This document shows positions 39,458 through 48,274 of a stretch of DNA of 49,985 nucleotides, in pieces. A model generated the notes under the pieces. That model was not told the DNA's origin and searched no databases. It saw only the letters and a program-made list of their open reading frames with translations. Location: IMG/VR virus record IMGVR_UViG_3300022909_001078, positions 1-49,985 of that record; one strand, written 5' to 3'. Position 1 is the first letter of the stretch, and every line of letters starts with the position of its first letter. This stretch comes from a virus (lineage: Duplodnaviria > Caudoviricetes). The translations under genes were made by a program, and so were the position numbers.

Positions 39458-39497
39458 ACGTTTATTTAATACGATAAATAGTACGTAAGGAAAAAAC

Positions 39498-40679
39498 ATG
39501 CCACGAATATCACTATGGAAAGACGGTGCTCACACCAATGATTATAGATTCTTTGATAGAAGAATTAAGGAAATGTTTACTGTTGGTGGTACAGGATTAA
39601 ATGTACACAAGTACCTTGGCATACAAAGTCAAGGACAAAGTGATGATCCTAGCCAACCAAACTATGTAGAACCTGATCCACTGGGTATACAGGATTTTTT
39701 ATTTTTAGAAAATAGAGATAGAAAATACGATCAAGACATTTATAGTCTCAGAGGTATATACAGTGTTACAGATACAGATTTTGATTTAAGCCAGTTTGGA
39801 TTATTTTTAGCAAACGACACACTGTTTATTACATTGCATGAAAACGATATGGTTAATAATATAGGGCGTAAACTTATGCCAGGTGATGTAATAGAACTAC
39901 CTCATTTAACTGATTATAGTGCATTAGATGAAAGTGTAGAACTTAGTCTTAAACGGTACTATGTAGTACAAGAAGGCACAAGGCCTAGTGAAGGGTTTAG
40001 TCCTACATGGTGGAGTCATTTATGGCGTATTAAATGCACACCATTAGTAGATTCACAAGAATATAATGATATACTTAATCTAATACAAACAGATAAAGAT
40101 GGAAACGAAACTACAAATACACTACGTGATTTGCTAAGTACTTACAATAAAGAATTAGAAATATCCAATAAAGTTGTAGCCGCTGCTGAAGCAGAGGTTC
40201 CAGAAAGCGGATATAAAACTGACCAATATTATATAGTACCTACAGGACCTGATGGGACACCACTAGAACCAAAAGGTGTAAATGCAGATGATACACAACT
40301 TAATGCAGATAATACTGATGCAAGTGCAGATGCAAGAAGAATTACTCCACAAAATACAAATGCATACAGCGGTTACTTAGTAGGTGATGGACTTGCGCCT
40401 AATGGAGAAAACGTAACAATGGGTACAAGTTTTCCTAGTGACTCACAAGAAGGTGATTTTGTTTTAAGATTAGACTTTTTACCAAATAGACTATTTAGAT
40501 ATAATGGATCTCGTTGGGTAAAAATAGAAGATGATGTGCGTAGTCCATTAACCCCTGGTACAGGAAATACACAAAGAGATACCTTTATAAACAATACTGG
40601 TACATTTATTGCAGATGATAATACTGTACAAGATAGTAGACAGTCATTAAGTGAAGCACTTAAACCTAGAGAAGATTAA
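39498..40679 (+). CDS. 14: Neck/head-closure protein (gp14-like)
   Basis: IQDFLFLENRDRKYD, LSQFGLFL, GDVIELPH and HLWRIKC; precedes gp15; late promoter 39475-80 plus SD. Confidence 0.7.
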   Translation: MPRISLWKDGAHTNDYRFFDRRIKEMFTVGGTGLNVHKYLGIQSQGQSDDPSQPNYVEPDPLGIQDFLFLENRDRKYDQDIYSLRGIYSVTDTDFDLSQFGLFLANDTLFITLHENDMVNNIGRKLMPGDVIELPHLTDYSALDESVELSLKRYYVVQEGTRPSEGFSPTWWSHLWRIKCTPLVDSQEYNDILNLIQTDKDGNETTNTLRDLLSTYNKELEISNKVVAAAEAEVPESGYKTDQYYIVPTGPDGTPLEPKGVNADDTQLNADNTDASADARRITPQNTNAYSGYLVGDGLAPNGENVTMGTSFPSDSQEGDFVLRLDFLPNRLFRYNGSRWVKIEDDVRSPLTPGTGNTQRDTFINNTGTFIADDNTVQDSRQSLSEALKPRED

Positions 40680-42067
40680 TGCCACAACAATTTTTCTACG
40701 ATCAACAAATAAGAAGATTTCTATTACAGTTTATTCGTGCTTTCAGTAACTTTCAAGTTGAATATGGTAAAGACCGAGATGGACTTACCACATTACAAAC
40801 TGTACCTGTAAAGTATGGTGATGCGACACGTATGGTAAGTTCAATTGTAAGAGAAAACAGTGAAAATAAAATATTACCTACACCTATGATAAGTTGCTAC
40901 ATTACAGGTTTAGAGTATAATCCAGAACGCAGACAGGATCCAACTTTTGTAGACAAAAAACACATACGTATGAGAAAGTTTGACGCTAACACAAATAGTT
41001 ATACTACACAACAAGGAAATGCATTTACTATAGAAAGAATGATGCCTGTTCCTTATACATTACAAATGAGTGTTGATATATGGACAAGTAATACAAATCA
41101 AAAATTACAATTGTTAGAACAAATATTAGTACTTTTTAATCCAGCATTAGAAATACAAAGTACAGATAATTATTTAGATTGGACAAGTTTAAGTTACATA
41201 GAACTTAGTGGTACACAGTTTAGTAGTAGGTCAATACCACAGGGGGTTGATGATCAAATAGATATTGCCACACTACAATTTACAGTACCAATATTTTTAA
41301 GTGCACCTGCAAAAGTAAAAAAATTAGGAGTAATTAATAAAATTGTTGCAAGTATATACGATGATAATGGTGGCATAGCAGACGGTGTAATTGATGGAGA
41401 GATACTATTAGGTACAAGACAAAAGTTTACACCAATGAACTTTGGTATAATATTATTGGGTAATACTGTACAGATCTTAGACAGGAATGAGACAACAACA
41501 AATAAAGTAGATTATAGTCCGTTAAATGATCCTCCAACAAAGGTAGGTACAGATGACGTAAGTTGGGCTGCACTTATAAACCAATATGGTGAATTACAAA
41601 GTGGCATAAGTCAATTACGTTTAGAAACCGGAGGCACTGCTGAAATTGTAGGTACTATTGCATTTCATCCTAGTGATCCTCACAAATTATTATGGACAGT
41701 ACAAAGCGACACTATTCCAACAAACGACTTGCCTGCTATAACAAAAATAATAAATCCTCTTAAAAGTGGACCTGATGCAGGATTAGCAACTGCTGCAATT
41801 GGTCAAAGATATCTTATACTTAATGCAATTGGTGACAGCTCTAACACAGATGGCCCTGATGCTTGGGGAGATTTGGTAGCAAGTGCAAACGATATAATTG
41901 AGTATAATGGAACAGTTTGGCAAATTGCTTTTAATAGCAGCGCCGAAGAAGGTATACATTATGTAACTAACACTACTACAAATTTACAATATAAATGGAC
42001 TGGAACAGAGTGGATAAAGTCTTATGAAGGCGAATATAAGGCAGGCGATTGGTCTATAGTATTATAA
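40679..42067 (+). CDS. 15: Tail sheath stabiliser/terminator (gp15-like) with C-terminal extension
   Basis: FFYDQQIRRFLLQF..VPVKYG..MPVPY..QLLEQILVLFNP. Confidence 0.8.
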   Translation: MPQQFFYDQQIRRFLLQFIRAFSNFQVEYGKDRDGLTTLQTVPVKYGDATRMVSSIVRENSENKILPTPMISCYITGLEYNPERRQDPTFVDKKHIRMRKFDANTNSYTTQQGNAFTIERMMPVPYTLQMSVDIWTSNTNQKLQLLEQILVLFNPALEIQSTDNYLDWTSLSYIELSGTQFSSRSIPQGVDDQIDIATLQFTVPIFLSAPAKVKKLGVINKIVASIYDDNGGIADGVIDGEILLGTRQKFTPMNFGIILLGNTVQILDRNETTTNKVDYSPLNDPPTKVGTDDVSWAALINQYGELQSGISQLRLETGGTAEIVGTIAFHPSDPHKLLWTVQSDTIPTNDLPAITKIINPLKSGPDAGLATAAIGQRYLILNAIGDSSNTDGPDAWGDLVASANDIIEYNGTVWQIAFNSSAEEGIHYVTNTTTNLQYKWTGTEWIKSYEGEYKAGDWSIVL

Positions 42068-42411
42068 TATCTGTATTTCTTATTTTTAATCCTACTACAA
42101 TAGATGCAGGTGGTAAAATGTATCAGCCTAAAGGCGATAAAAAAATATACGGGAAAAAGAACGAATATTCACGTAGTCAGAAATTTAATCAAGGAATAAC
42201 AAAAAAACCTAAAATGGTCACTTGTATGCTGAAAAAAAGAATAAGAGCAAAAAACGGTGACGAAGTTTGTATATATCAAGGACAGAATAGAACTTATGAA
42301 ATGGCAATAGAAAAAAATTGCCCTAGAAAATATAAGTGTCTGTATAATCCGTATGGTGAAGAGCCAAATATCTATAGTGTAATCGATAGTTTAAATGAGT
42401 CAGCAAAATAA
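42049..42411 (+). CDS. Small Cys-containing protein with N-terminal hydrophobic/signal segment
   Basis: IIISVFLIF N-terminus; C..CIY..CP..YKC; TTG start uncertain. Confidence 0.55.
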   Translation: MVYSIIISVFLIFNPTTIDAGGKMYQPKGDKKIYGKKNEYSRSQKFNQGITKKPKMVTCMLKKRIRAKNGDEVCIYQGQNRTYEMAIEKNCPRKYKCLYNPYGEEPNIYSVIDSLNESAK

Positions 42412-42841
42412 ACAAATTAATCAAAGTGTAGGCGCACTTTTTTTAAGTAAAAAAACTAGTAGATACTTGTTTGTACTACGTAGTGGTGCTAGGTATGATA
42501 GCACCTGGGCATTTGTTGGTGGGAAAGTTGAAAAGAATGAAACTGAATTCACTGCACTGCAACGTGAAATAGTAGAGGAAATAGGGTTTATGCCACTAGT
42601 GCTTAAAACTATTCCTGTGGAAAAATTTACAAACAGTAAAAATAATTTTACATATACTACATATGTTTGTCTAATAGAAGAAGAATTTGTTCCTAAATTA
42701 AATGAAGAACATAAAGGATATGCTTGGAGCAAACTAGATAGTTGGCCGAAGCCACTTCATCCTGGTGTTTTTACAACATTTCAAGTAGATGAAATTATAA
42801 GCAAAATTAAAACAATAGAAGATACAATGTGTAACTTATAA
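42395..42841 (+). CDS. Nudix hydrolase
   Basis: Nudix box GGKVEKNETEFTALQREIVEEIG. Confidence 0.9.
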   Translation: MSQQNKQINQSVGALFLSKKTSRYLFVLRSGARYDSTWAFVGGKVEKNETEFTALQREIVEEIGFMPLVLKTIPVEKFTNSKNNFTYTTYVCLIEEEFVPKLNEEHKGYAWSKLDSWPKPLHPGVFTTFQVDEIISKIKTIEDTMCNL

Positions 42842-42842
42842 G

Positions 42843-43589
42843 TTACCGTGCAATTGCACCTAAACTTGCAAAACTGTAATACTGGTTATATGTTATTTCT
42901 TTAACATTAGGACACCAGTTATATTCTTCCGGCATAAGTCCAGCATCTTTAGCAACGTAAAAAAATTCCACATCATTGTATGTTAAAAATATTTTTGTGC
43001 AATCAGATATAAATTTGCTGTTTGCACCTTCCGTATTAACTGCACCATAAGCATCATGCGTTTCAAAATATATATTATCTTCAGGCGTATTATATGTTGT
43101 CATTCCTATCATATATATTTTCTTATGCCCGTCAGCACACGCTAATCTTAGTGCCAAACTTCCTGTGTTTCCTGTGAACAATTGAGGATACAGATAAAAA
43201 TGACCTTGGTGTTGTATTATATTTTTTACGTTACTGTAAACTATATTATCTTTTGTATATTCGGATAGTGCAATATCAGCACATATTTTTTTGTTAATAC
43301 ATATTAAAAACGTTGGTGAAAAATCTTTGTATAATAGGTTGCAACCATATGTTTGTCCTACACTTTGAGCTCCATACTCGCCACCAGTTTGTCCCGTTAG
43401 TAAATTAAGATCAAAACCTTGTCTACTAGTGCTATTTCCTATGACATGAGCAATACCATTATGTGTATCATTGATAACAGTTTTTTCAACCCAAATCATA
43501 CTATTTGGATCGTTTCTGTTTTTCCAACTTACATTATGAGATACTGTTTCACCAGTGTAATCTGCAGTATAAAATTTACCTGCAGGCAT
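42843..43589 (-). CDS. Hypothetical protein, MAF/DUF115- or GT29-like fold
   Basis: VIGNSTSR, TYGCN, TGSLAL.LA..GHKKIYMIG. Confidence 0.5.
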   Translation of the reverse strand: MPAGKFYTADYTGETVSHNVSWKNRNDPNSMIWVEKTVINDTHNGIAHVIGNSTSRQGFDLNLLTGQTGGEYGAQSVGQTYGCNLLYKDFSPTFLICINKKICADIALSEYTKDNIVYSNVKNIIQHQGHFYLYPQLFTGNTGSLALRLACADGHKKIYMIGMTTYNTPEDNIYFETHDAYGAVNTEGANSKFISDCTKIFLTYNDVEFFYVAKDAGLMPEEYNWCPNVKEITYNQYYSFASLGAIAR

Positions 43590-45739
43590 TATATTCTGCC
43601 TACAACAACTTCTATTACGTCTGTACCTGCACCTGTTTTATTTTCTAATGCTTTGCCTATTACACTACCAATATAAGGATTACTTTCATCACGCCATGCC
43701 ATTGCATGTCCAGGTGTATCACTAGCAACCATTAAATCACCTTTGCGTATTTCACCAATAACTTTACACGGAACACGTCCTAGTAGTGCCACAGTAGCAC
43801 CTTGACCTTCACTGTTCATTAAATATGCAGGATCAGTACTTACAATACCAGCAATACGTTTATCATACTTGTTTGTGCAGATTGTAACTTCTTCCTCGCC
43901 GCCAAAAACTAAGACAGTACCAGCATCATAGTCTGCATCACTGGTATATTTTTCTGCCAAGTCAGCATATTTTGCAGAAGTTGCAGTACCTGAAAAGTTT
44001 GTTGTACTTAATGTATTACTACTTGGATTATATGTTAGTCCAGTATCACTATTTGGACGCTGGTTTCCACTGGTACCACCTGTAAAAATTATATAATGTG
44101 TAGCGTTTGTGCTATTATCAGCTGCAACATTAAAATTTGTTGCATTAGTAGCCGTACCACTCAATGTAGCCGTAACTGTACCAGCACTAAAATTTCCACT
44201 GCCATCACGAGCAACAATAGTACTACCTGTATTTGAATTTGTGGCATTACTTGTAATTGTAACACTGCCACTTGAACCGCCGCCCGATAATCCTGTTCCA
44301 CTTACACTAACATTTGTAATATCGCCAGTGTTTGTAGTAAAACCAGAATCGTTGTTAAAGATACTCAATCCAATTTCGTTTGCAGCTTTACGTCTATCTG
44401 CACTTGCATCCAGTACTATAAACTCATCAGTGCCTGTCATCGCAGCAGTCATGTCGGTAAGTTCTGATAAATCCACATTCAGTGTAACAGACCCACTTGA
44501 TCCACCGCCACTTAATCCAGTACCAGCAGTTACACCAGTAATATCACCTGTGTTAGTAGTAAAGCCTGCGTCATTACTAAAAATGCTTAATCCAATTTCG
44601 TTTGCCGCCTTACGTCTATCAGCACCTGCATCTAGTACTATAAATTCGTCAGTACCTGTCATTGTAGCAGTCATATCAGTTAGTTCACTTAGGTCAACTG
44701 AAAGTGTGTGAGAAATACCTTCTCCTGATGTTGCACCGCTTGATGCTATACCAGTACCGCCAGTAATTGTGCCAACATAGTTGCCTGTAGTATCTGTACC
44801 TAGTGCAACACTGTTTGTAGCAATAGTGGCTGATATACTTACATTGCCACTTCCATCAAATGAACCACTTGTTCCAGTTACATCACCTGTAAGACTAATT
44901 GTTCTACCAGTTGCCAATGCAGTTGCGGTATCGGCATTTCCTGTAACATCACCTGTAACATCACCTGTAACATCACCAACAAATGCACCTTGAGAAAGTG
45001 TAATACCTGCGGCGGCAAAAGTGCTGTGTGTTGTTCCATCTACTGTTGCAGTTATAGTACCTGTGCCACTATCTGCAATTACCCAAGTTGTGTTACCTTC
45101 AGATAAACTATTTGAACTTAGACTAGATAACTCGCCATCAACATATGCCTTTGTAGCTGCATCTTGAGCACTTGTTGGATCACCCATACCTGTAATCTTA
45201 TTAGTACCCATAGCAATAGTTGCACTATTAATAGTTGGGCTAGTTAATGTTTTATTTGTAAGTGTTTGTGTGCCTGTTAGTGTAGTAACTGTGCTATCAA
45301 TAGCAAGAGTTACAGTGTTGCTTGTTGCACTTGAATCTATTCCAGTTCCGCCTGCAATCGTAAGCGTTTCACTATCAAGATCAATAGCAATCGTACCACT
45401 ATCTGAAGTAACATCTAAGTCCTGTGCAGTCACTTGAGAATCAACATATGCTTTAATAGATTGTTGAGTTGCAAGTTGAGTTGCACTGTCAGAAGACATA
45501 TCATCTTCGTCTAAAACTGCCGTTCCTGAAACACCTGTGTTTAATACTGCACTAGTTAATGTTTTATTAGTAAGTGTCTGCGTTGCAGTATTTTGTGTTA
45601 ATTCAAAACCACCAGCAGTTGTGCCATCATGTACTCTAGCAGTATCAATAGTACTATCAATACTGATTTCACCTGCCGCACCTGTAAATGCATTGTTCTG
45701 GGCGGTTGTACCTCTTCTAAATTGTAACTGTGTTGGCAT
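43589..45739 (-). CDS. Tail fibre protein with Mtd_N-like N-terminus
   Basis: MPTQLQFRRGT..FTGAAGEI..VHDG..GG; G/T/S-rich repeats; C-terminal ADLAE..GRVPCKV..IGKAL domain. Confidence 0.75.
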   Translation of the reverse strand: MPTQLQFRRGTTAQNNAFTGAAGEISIDSTIDTARVHDGTTAGGFELTQNTATQTLTNKTLTSAVLNTGVSGTAVLDEDDMSSDSATQLATQQSIKAYVDSQVTAQDLDVTSDSGTIAIDLDSETLTIAGGTGIDSSATSNTVTLAIDSTVTTLTGTQTLTNKTLTSPTINSATIAMGTNKITGMGDPTSAQDAATKAYVDGELSSLSSNSLSEGNTTWVIADSGTGTITATVDGTTHSTFAAAGITLSQGAFVGDVTGDVTGDVTGNADTATALATGRTISLTGDVTGTSGSFDGSGNVSISATIATNSVALGTDTTGNYVGTITGGTGIASSGATSGEGISHTLSVDLSELTDMTATMTGTDEFIVLDAGADRRKAANEIGLSIFSNDAGFTTNTGDITGVTAGTGLSGGGSSGSVTLNVDLSELTDMTAAMTGTDEFIVLDASADRRKAANEIGLSIFNNDSGFTTNTGDITNVSVSGTGLSGGGSSGSVTITSNATNSNTGSTIVARDGSGNFSAGTVTATLSGTATNATNFNVAADNSTNATHYIIFTGGTSGNQRPNSDTGLTYNPSSNTLSTTNFSGTATSAKYADLAEKYTSDADYDAGTVLVFGGEEEVTICTNKYDKRIAGIVSTDPAYLMNSEGQGATVALLGRVPCKVIGEIRKGDLMVASDTPGHAMAWRDESNPYIGSVIGKALENKTGAGTDVIEVVVGRI
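44316..44700. repeat. Internal duplication with 222-nt period in tail fibre 1
   Basis: DLSELTDMTA.MTGTDEFIVLDA.ADRRKAANEIGLSIF occurs twice; AATCCAATTTCGTTTGC at 44367 and 44589. Confidence 0.85.
44940..44975. repeat. 3 x 12-nt tandem repeat (GDVT repeats)
   Basis: CCTGTAACATCA x3. Confidence 0.85.
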
Positions 45740-45762
45740 TTTTTAATCCTTTGCTATATTTA

Positions 45763-48183
45763 TTATGTCAGTACGCCTAAATCAACTGAACTTGTGCTTC
45801 CTACTGGTTCCATTTGATCATATACTTCACCTAAAGAAACACCAAAAGCATCACTGCCTCCTGATTCAAAAGGTGTTTCCTGTGTATCTTGTGCTACGTT
45901 AAAACTTAAATCAAAATCACCATCACTACCTGGTGCAGTAGTAGTTGTACTTGCAGTAAATCCACTTGATCCGCCTCCTGACCCAGCGTTTGCATCTACA
46001 TATGCTTTAGTCGCCGCATCTTGGTTTCCTACAGGATCAGCAACATTTTGTACTCTATTAGATCCTAAACTAATTGTTTGTGTACTTGCTACTGCTAGTC
46101 CATTTAGTGTACCAACACTGGTAACATTGCTCAATGTGTCTAGTGCAGTTTCAAAATAAGTTTCAAAATCTGTAAGTGCAACCTGTTTCATAGTACCTGC
46201 GTCATTTACAACAACTCTATCGGCATCAGCAAGTGTTGTACTAGTTGCACTAGTGTCACCGTCAATTATATTAAGTTCACTTGCAGTTGCAGTCACTCCG
46301 TCAAGTATGTTTAGTTCTGCGGCAGTGGCAGTTACCAATGTATTGTTTAATCTTAAACCTGCACTACTACCATCATGTGTTTCAATATCAAAGTCAGTAC
46401 CGTTTAGAATTTTAAATTCTGTACTTGTCATACGAACATTTATATTTTGCGATCCGGCTTTTATGTGTGCTATTTCAATAATACCATCTTCTGTGCCATC
46501 ACTAGCGTCACCAATCTTACCAGTAATTTTAGCAAACACAGTCTTTTGATCTGCATCATTGTCTGCACTGAACTTTATCTGACCAATATAGTTTGCATCT
46601 GCACCTGTAATATCTCTAAATAGTTCAAACTCTGGAGCCGCACTACTGCCTGCAGTAGTACTAGTGATTGTATTGTTCTGATTATTACGTACAAGATTTG
46701 ATGTATCACTAAGGTCTGTACTTGCTATTGTAATATCGCCAGTACCATCAAAACTTTGACCAGCAATGTTTCTTGCAGTAGCAAGTGCAGTGGCAGTATC
46801 AGCATTACCAGTTACATCACCAGTAATGTTACCTGTTACGTTACCTTCAATGTTAGCCACTAGTGTACCAGTAGTGACAGTTAAGTCACCGGTGCTTGCA
46901 CCTGTAGCAGTAGTGGTGCCAACTACAAATTTATCTGCACTTTCGTCCCATATAATAGCAGCATTATCACCGGTACTACCACGTTCCATAACAATACCTA
47001 GATCATTGGCATTGCTTGCCGCACCTGTGTTTAGTTCTATCAAACTGTCACTTACTACACTGTTTGTAGTACTAATAGTTGTAGTTGTGCCACTTACAGT
47101 CAAGTTACCTGTTACAGTAAGATCTTGTCCTATAGTAACATTATCCGGTAGACTGATAGTTACAGTATCGTCTGTAACTGCTGTTGTAATTTCGTTAGCA
47201 GTTCCACTAAATGTAAGAGTGCTTCCTGTGGTATATGCGTCTGTGCCACTATCTCCTGCTAGATTAATAGTAGAACTAATACTAGCAAAACTTAATGCAC
47301 CACTGCCATCTGTTTGTAGTACTTGATTAGCACTACCATCACTAGTTGGAAACTTATATGCGTTGTTGAATGTGATAGCACCACTGTCATTACCATCAAT
47401 CTTAAACTGTACTTTGCTTGGTGTGTTAGCGTCTGCTGATGTACCATCTGTAGTAACTGAAACAGCAAACTGTGTTCTATTAGCATTGTTAGTGTTGTCA
47501 AAAGCAAAAGTACCACCGACAATAAGAGCTGAACCATTCCAATATTCGTGGTTACTTCTATATAGATAATCACCTGATTGTACAGCACTCGGTGAGGCAA
47601 TTGTGCCTCTGTATCTTCTTGTTCTTAAATCTGGAGCGTCAGCACTATCATTGTACTGCTCCATGCGAATCTGTGCTGTTTGAGCACCTTCGCCTGTCAT
47701 ATGTAGTGTTACTTCAGGCGAGGATTGGTTAATACCAATATAATTACTACCTGTATCAATGCTAAGTGTACTGTCACTTATAATACTGGTTCCATCAGAA
47801 CCTACAATTAGCAGTTCATTTGCACTGCCTAGTGTAATACCTGTTACGCCATCTAGATAGTTTAGTTCAGCAGTAGTAGCAGTTAATGTAGTAGTGCCAT
47901 CATTTAGTGAACCATATACAATAGCATTTGCTTGTAATCCAGCATAACTTGAAATTGTTACATTGCCACTTGTGCTACCATTTTCTGTGGTATTTACTAG
48001 TACAAACTGATCGGCACTTTCGTCCCAAATAATAGCAACGTTAGTATCGCTTCCTCGTTCTACTACAATACCTACATCTTTGTCTGCACTACCACTTTGT
48101 CCACTGTTTAATCTTATAAGAGGGTCTGAAATGTTAGTAACATCAAAATCTATTTGTGCAGCTTTTGGTCTAGTGAACGCCAT
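45763..48183 (-). CDS. Tail fibre / virion structural protein
   Basis: ERG....WDESAD.F modules and DAATKAYVD; late promoter 48207-12 plus SD. Confidence 0.7.
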   Translation of the reverse strand: MAFTRPKAAQIDFDVTNISDPLIRLNSGQSGSADKDVGIVVERGSDTNVAIIWDESADQFVLVNTTENGSTSGNVTISSYAGLQANAIVYGSLNDGTTTLTATTAELNYLDGVTGITLGSANELLIVGSDGTSIISDSTLSIDTGSNYIGINQSSPEVTLHMTGEGAQTAQIRMEQYNDSADAPDLRTRRYRGTIASPSAVQSGDYLYRSNHEYWNGSALIVGGTFAFDNTNNANRTQFAVSVTTDGTSADANTPSKVQFKIDGNDSGAITFNNAYKFPTSDGSANQVLQTDGSGALSFASISSTINLAGDSGTDAYTTGSTLTFSGTANEITTAVTDDTVTISLPDNVTIGQDLTVTGNLTVSGTTTTISTTNSVVSDSLIELNTGAASNANDLGIVMERGSTGDNAAIIWDESADKFVVGTTTATGASTGDLTVTTGTLVANIEGNVTGNITGDVTGNADTATALATARNIAGQSFDGTGDITIASTDLSDTSNLVRNNQNNTITSTTAGSSAAPEFELFRDITGADANYIGQIKFSADNDADQKTVFAKITGKIGDASDGTEDGIIEIAHIKAGSQNINVRMTSTEFKILNGTDFDIETHDGSSAGLRLNNTLVTATAAELNILDGVTATASELNIIDGDTSATSTTLADADRVVVNDAGTMKQVALTDFETYFETALDTLSNVTSVGTLNGLAVASTQTISLGSNRVQNVADPVGNQDAATKAYVDANAGSGGGSSGFTASTTTTAPGSDGDFDLSFNVAQDTQETPFESGGSDAFGVSLGEVYDQMEPVGSTSSVDLGVLT

Positions 48184-48228
48184 TTAGAAATCCTTAATTA
48201 ATACTGTATTTATCTATTATTAGTAGTC

Positions 48229-48253
48229 AAAAAAATAGCACCCGAAGGTGCTA
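48229..48253 (-). terminator. Rho-independent terminator
   Basis: TAGCACC-TTCG-GGTGCTA plus U7 on the minus strand. Confidence 0.85.
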
Positions 48254-48274
48254 ATTTTAAATTTGTTTATTAAA

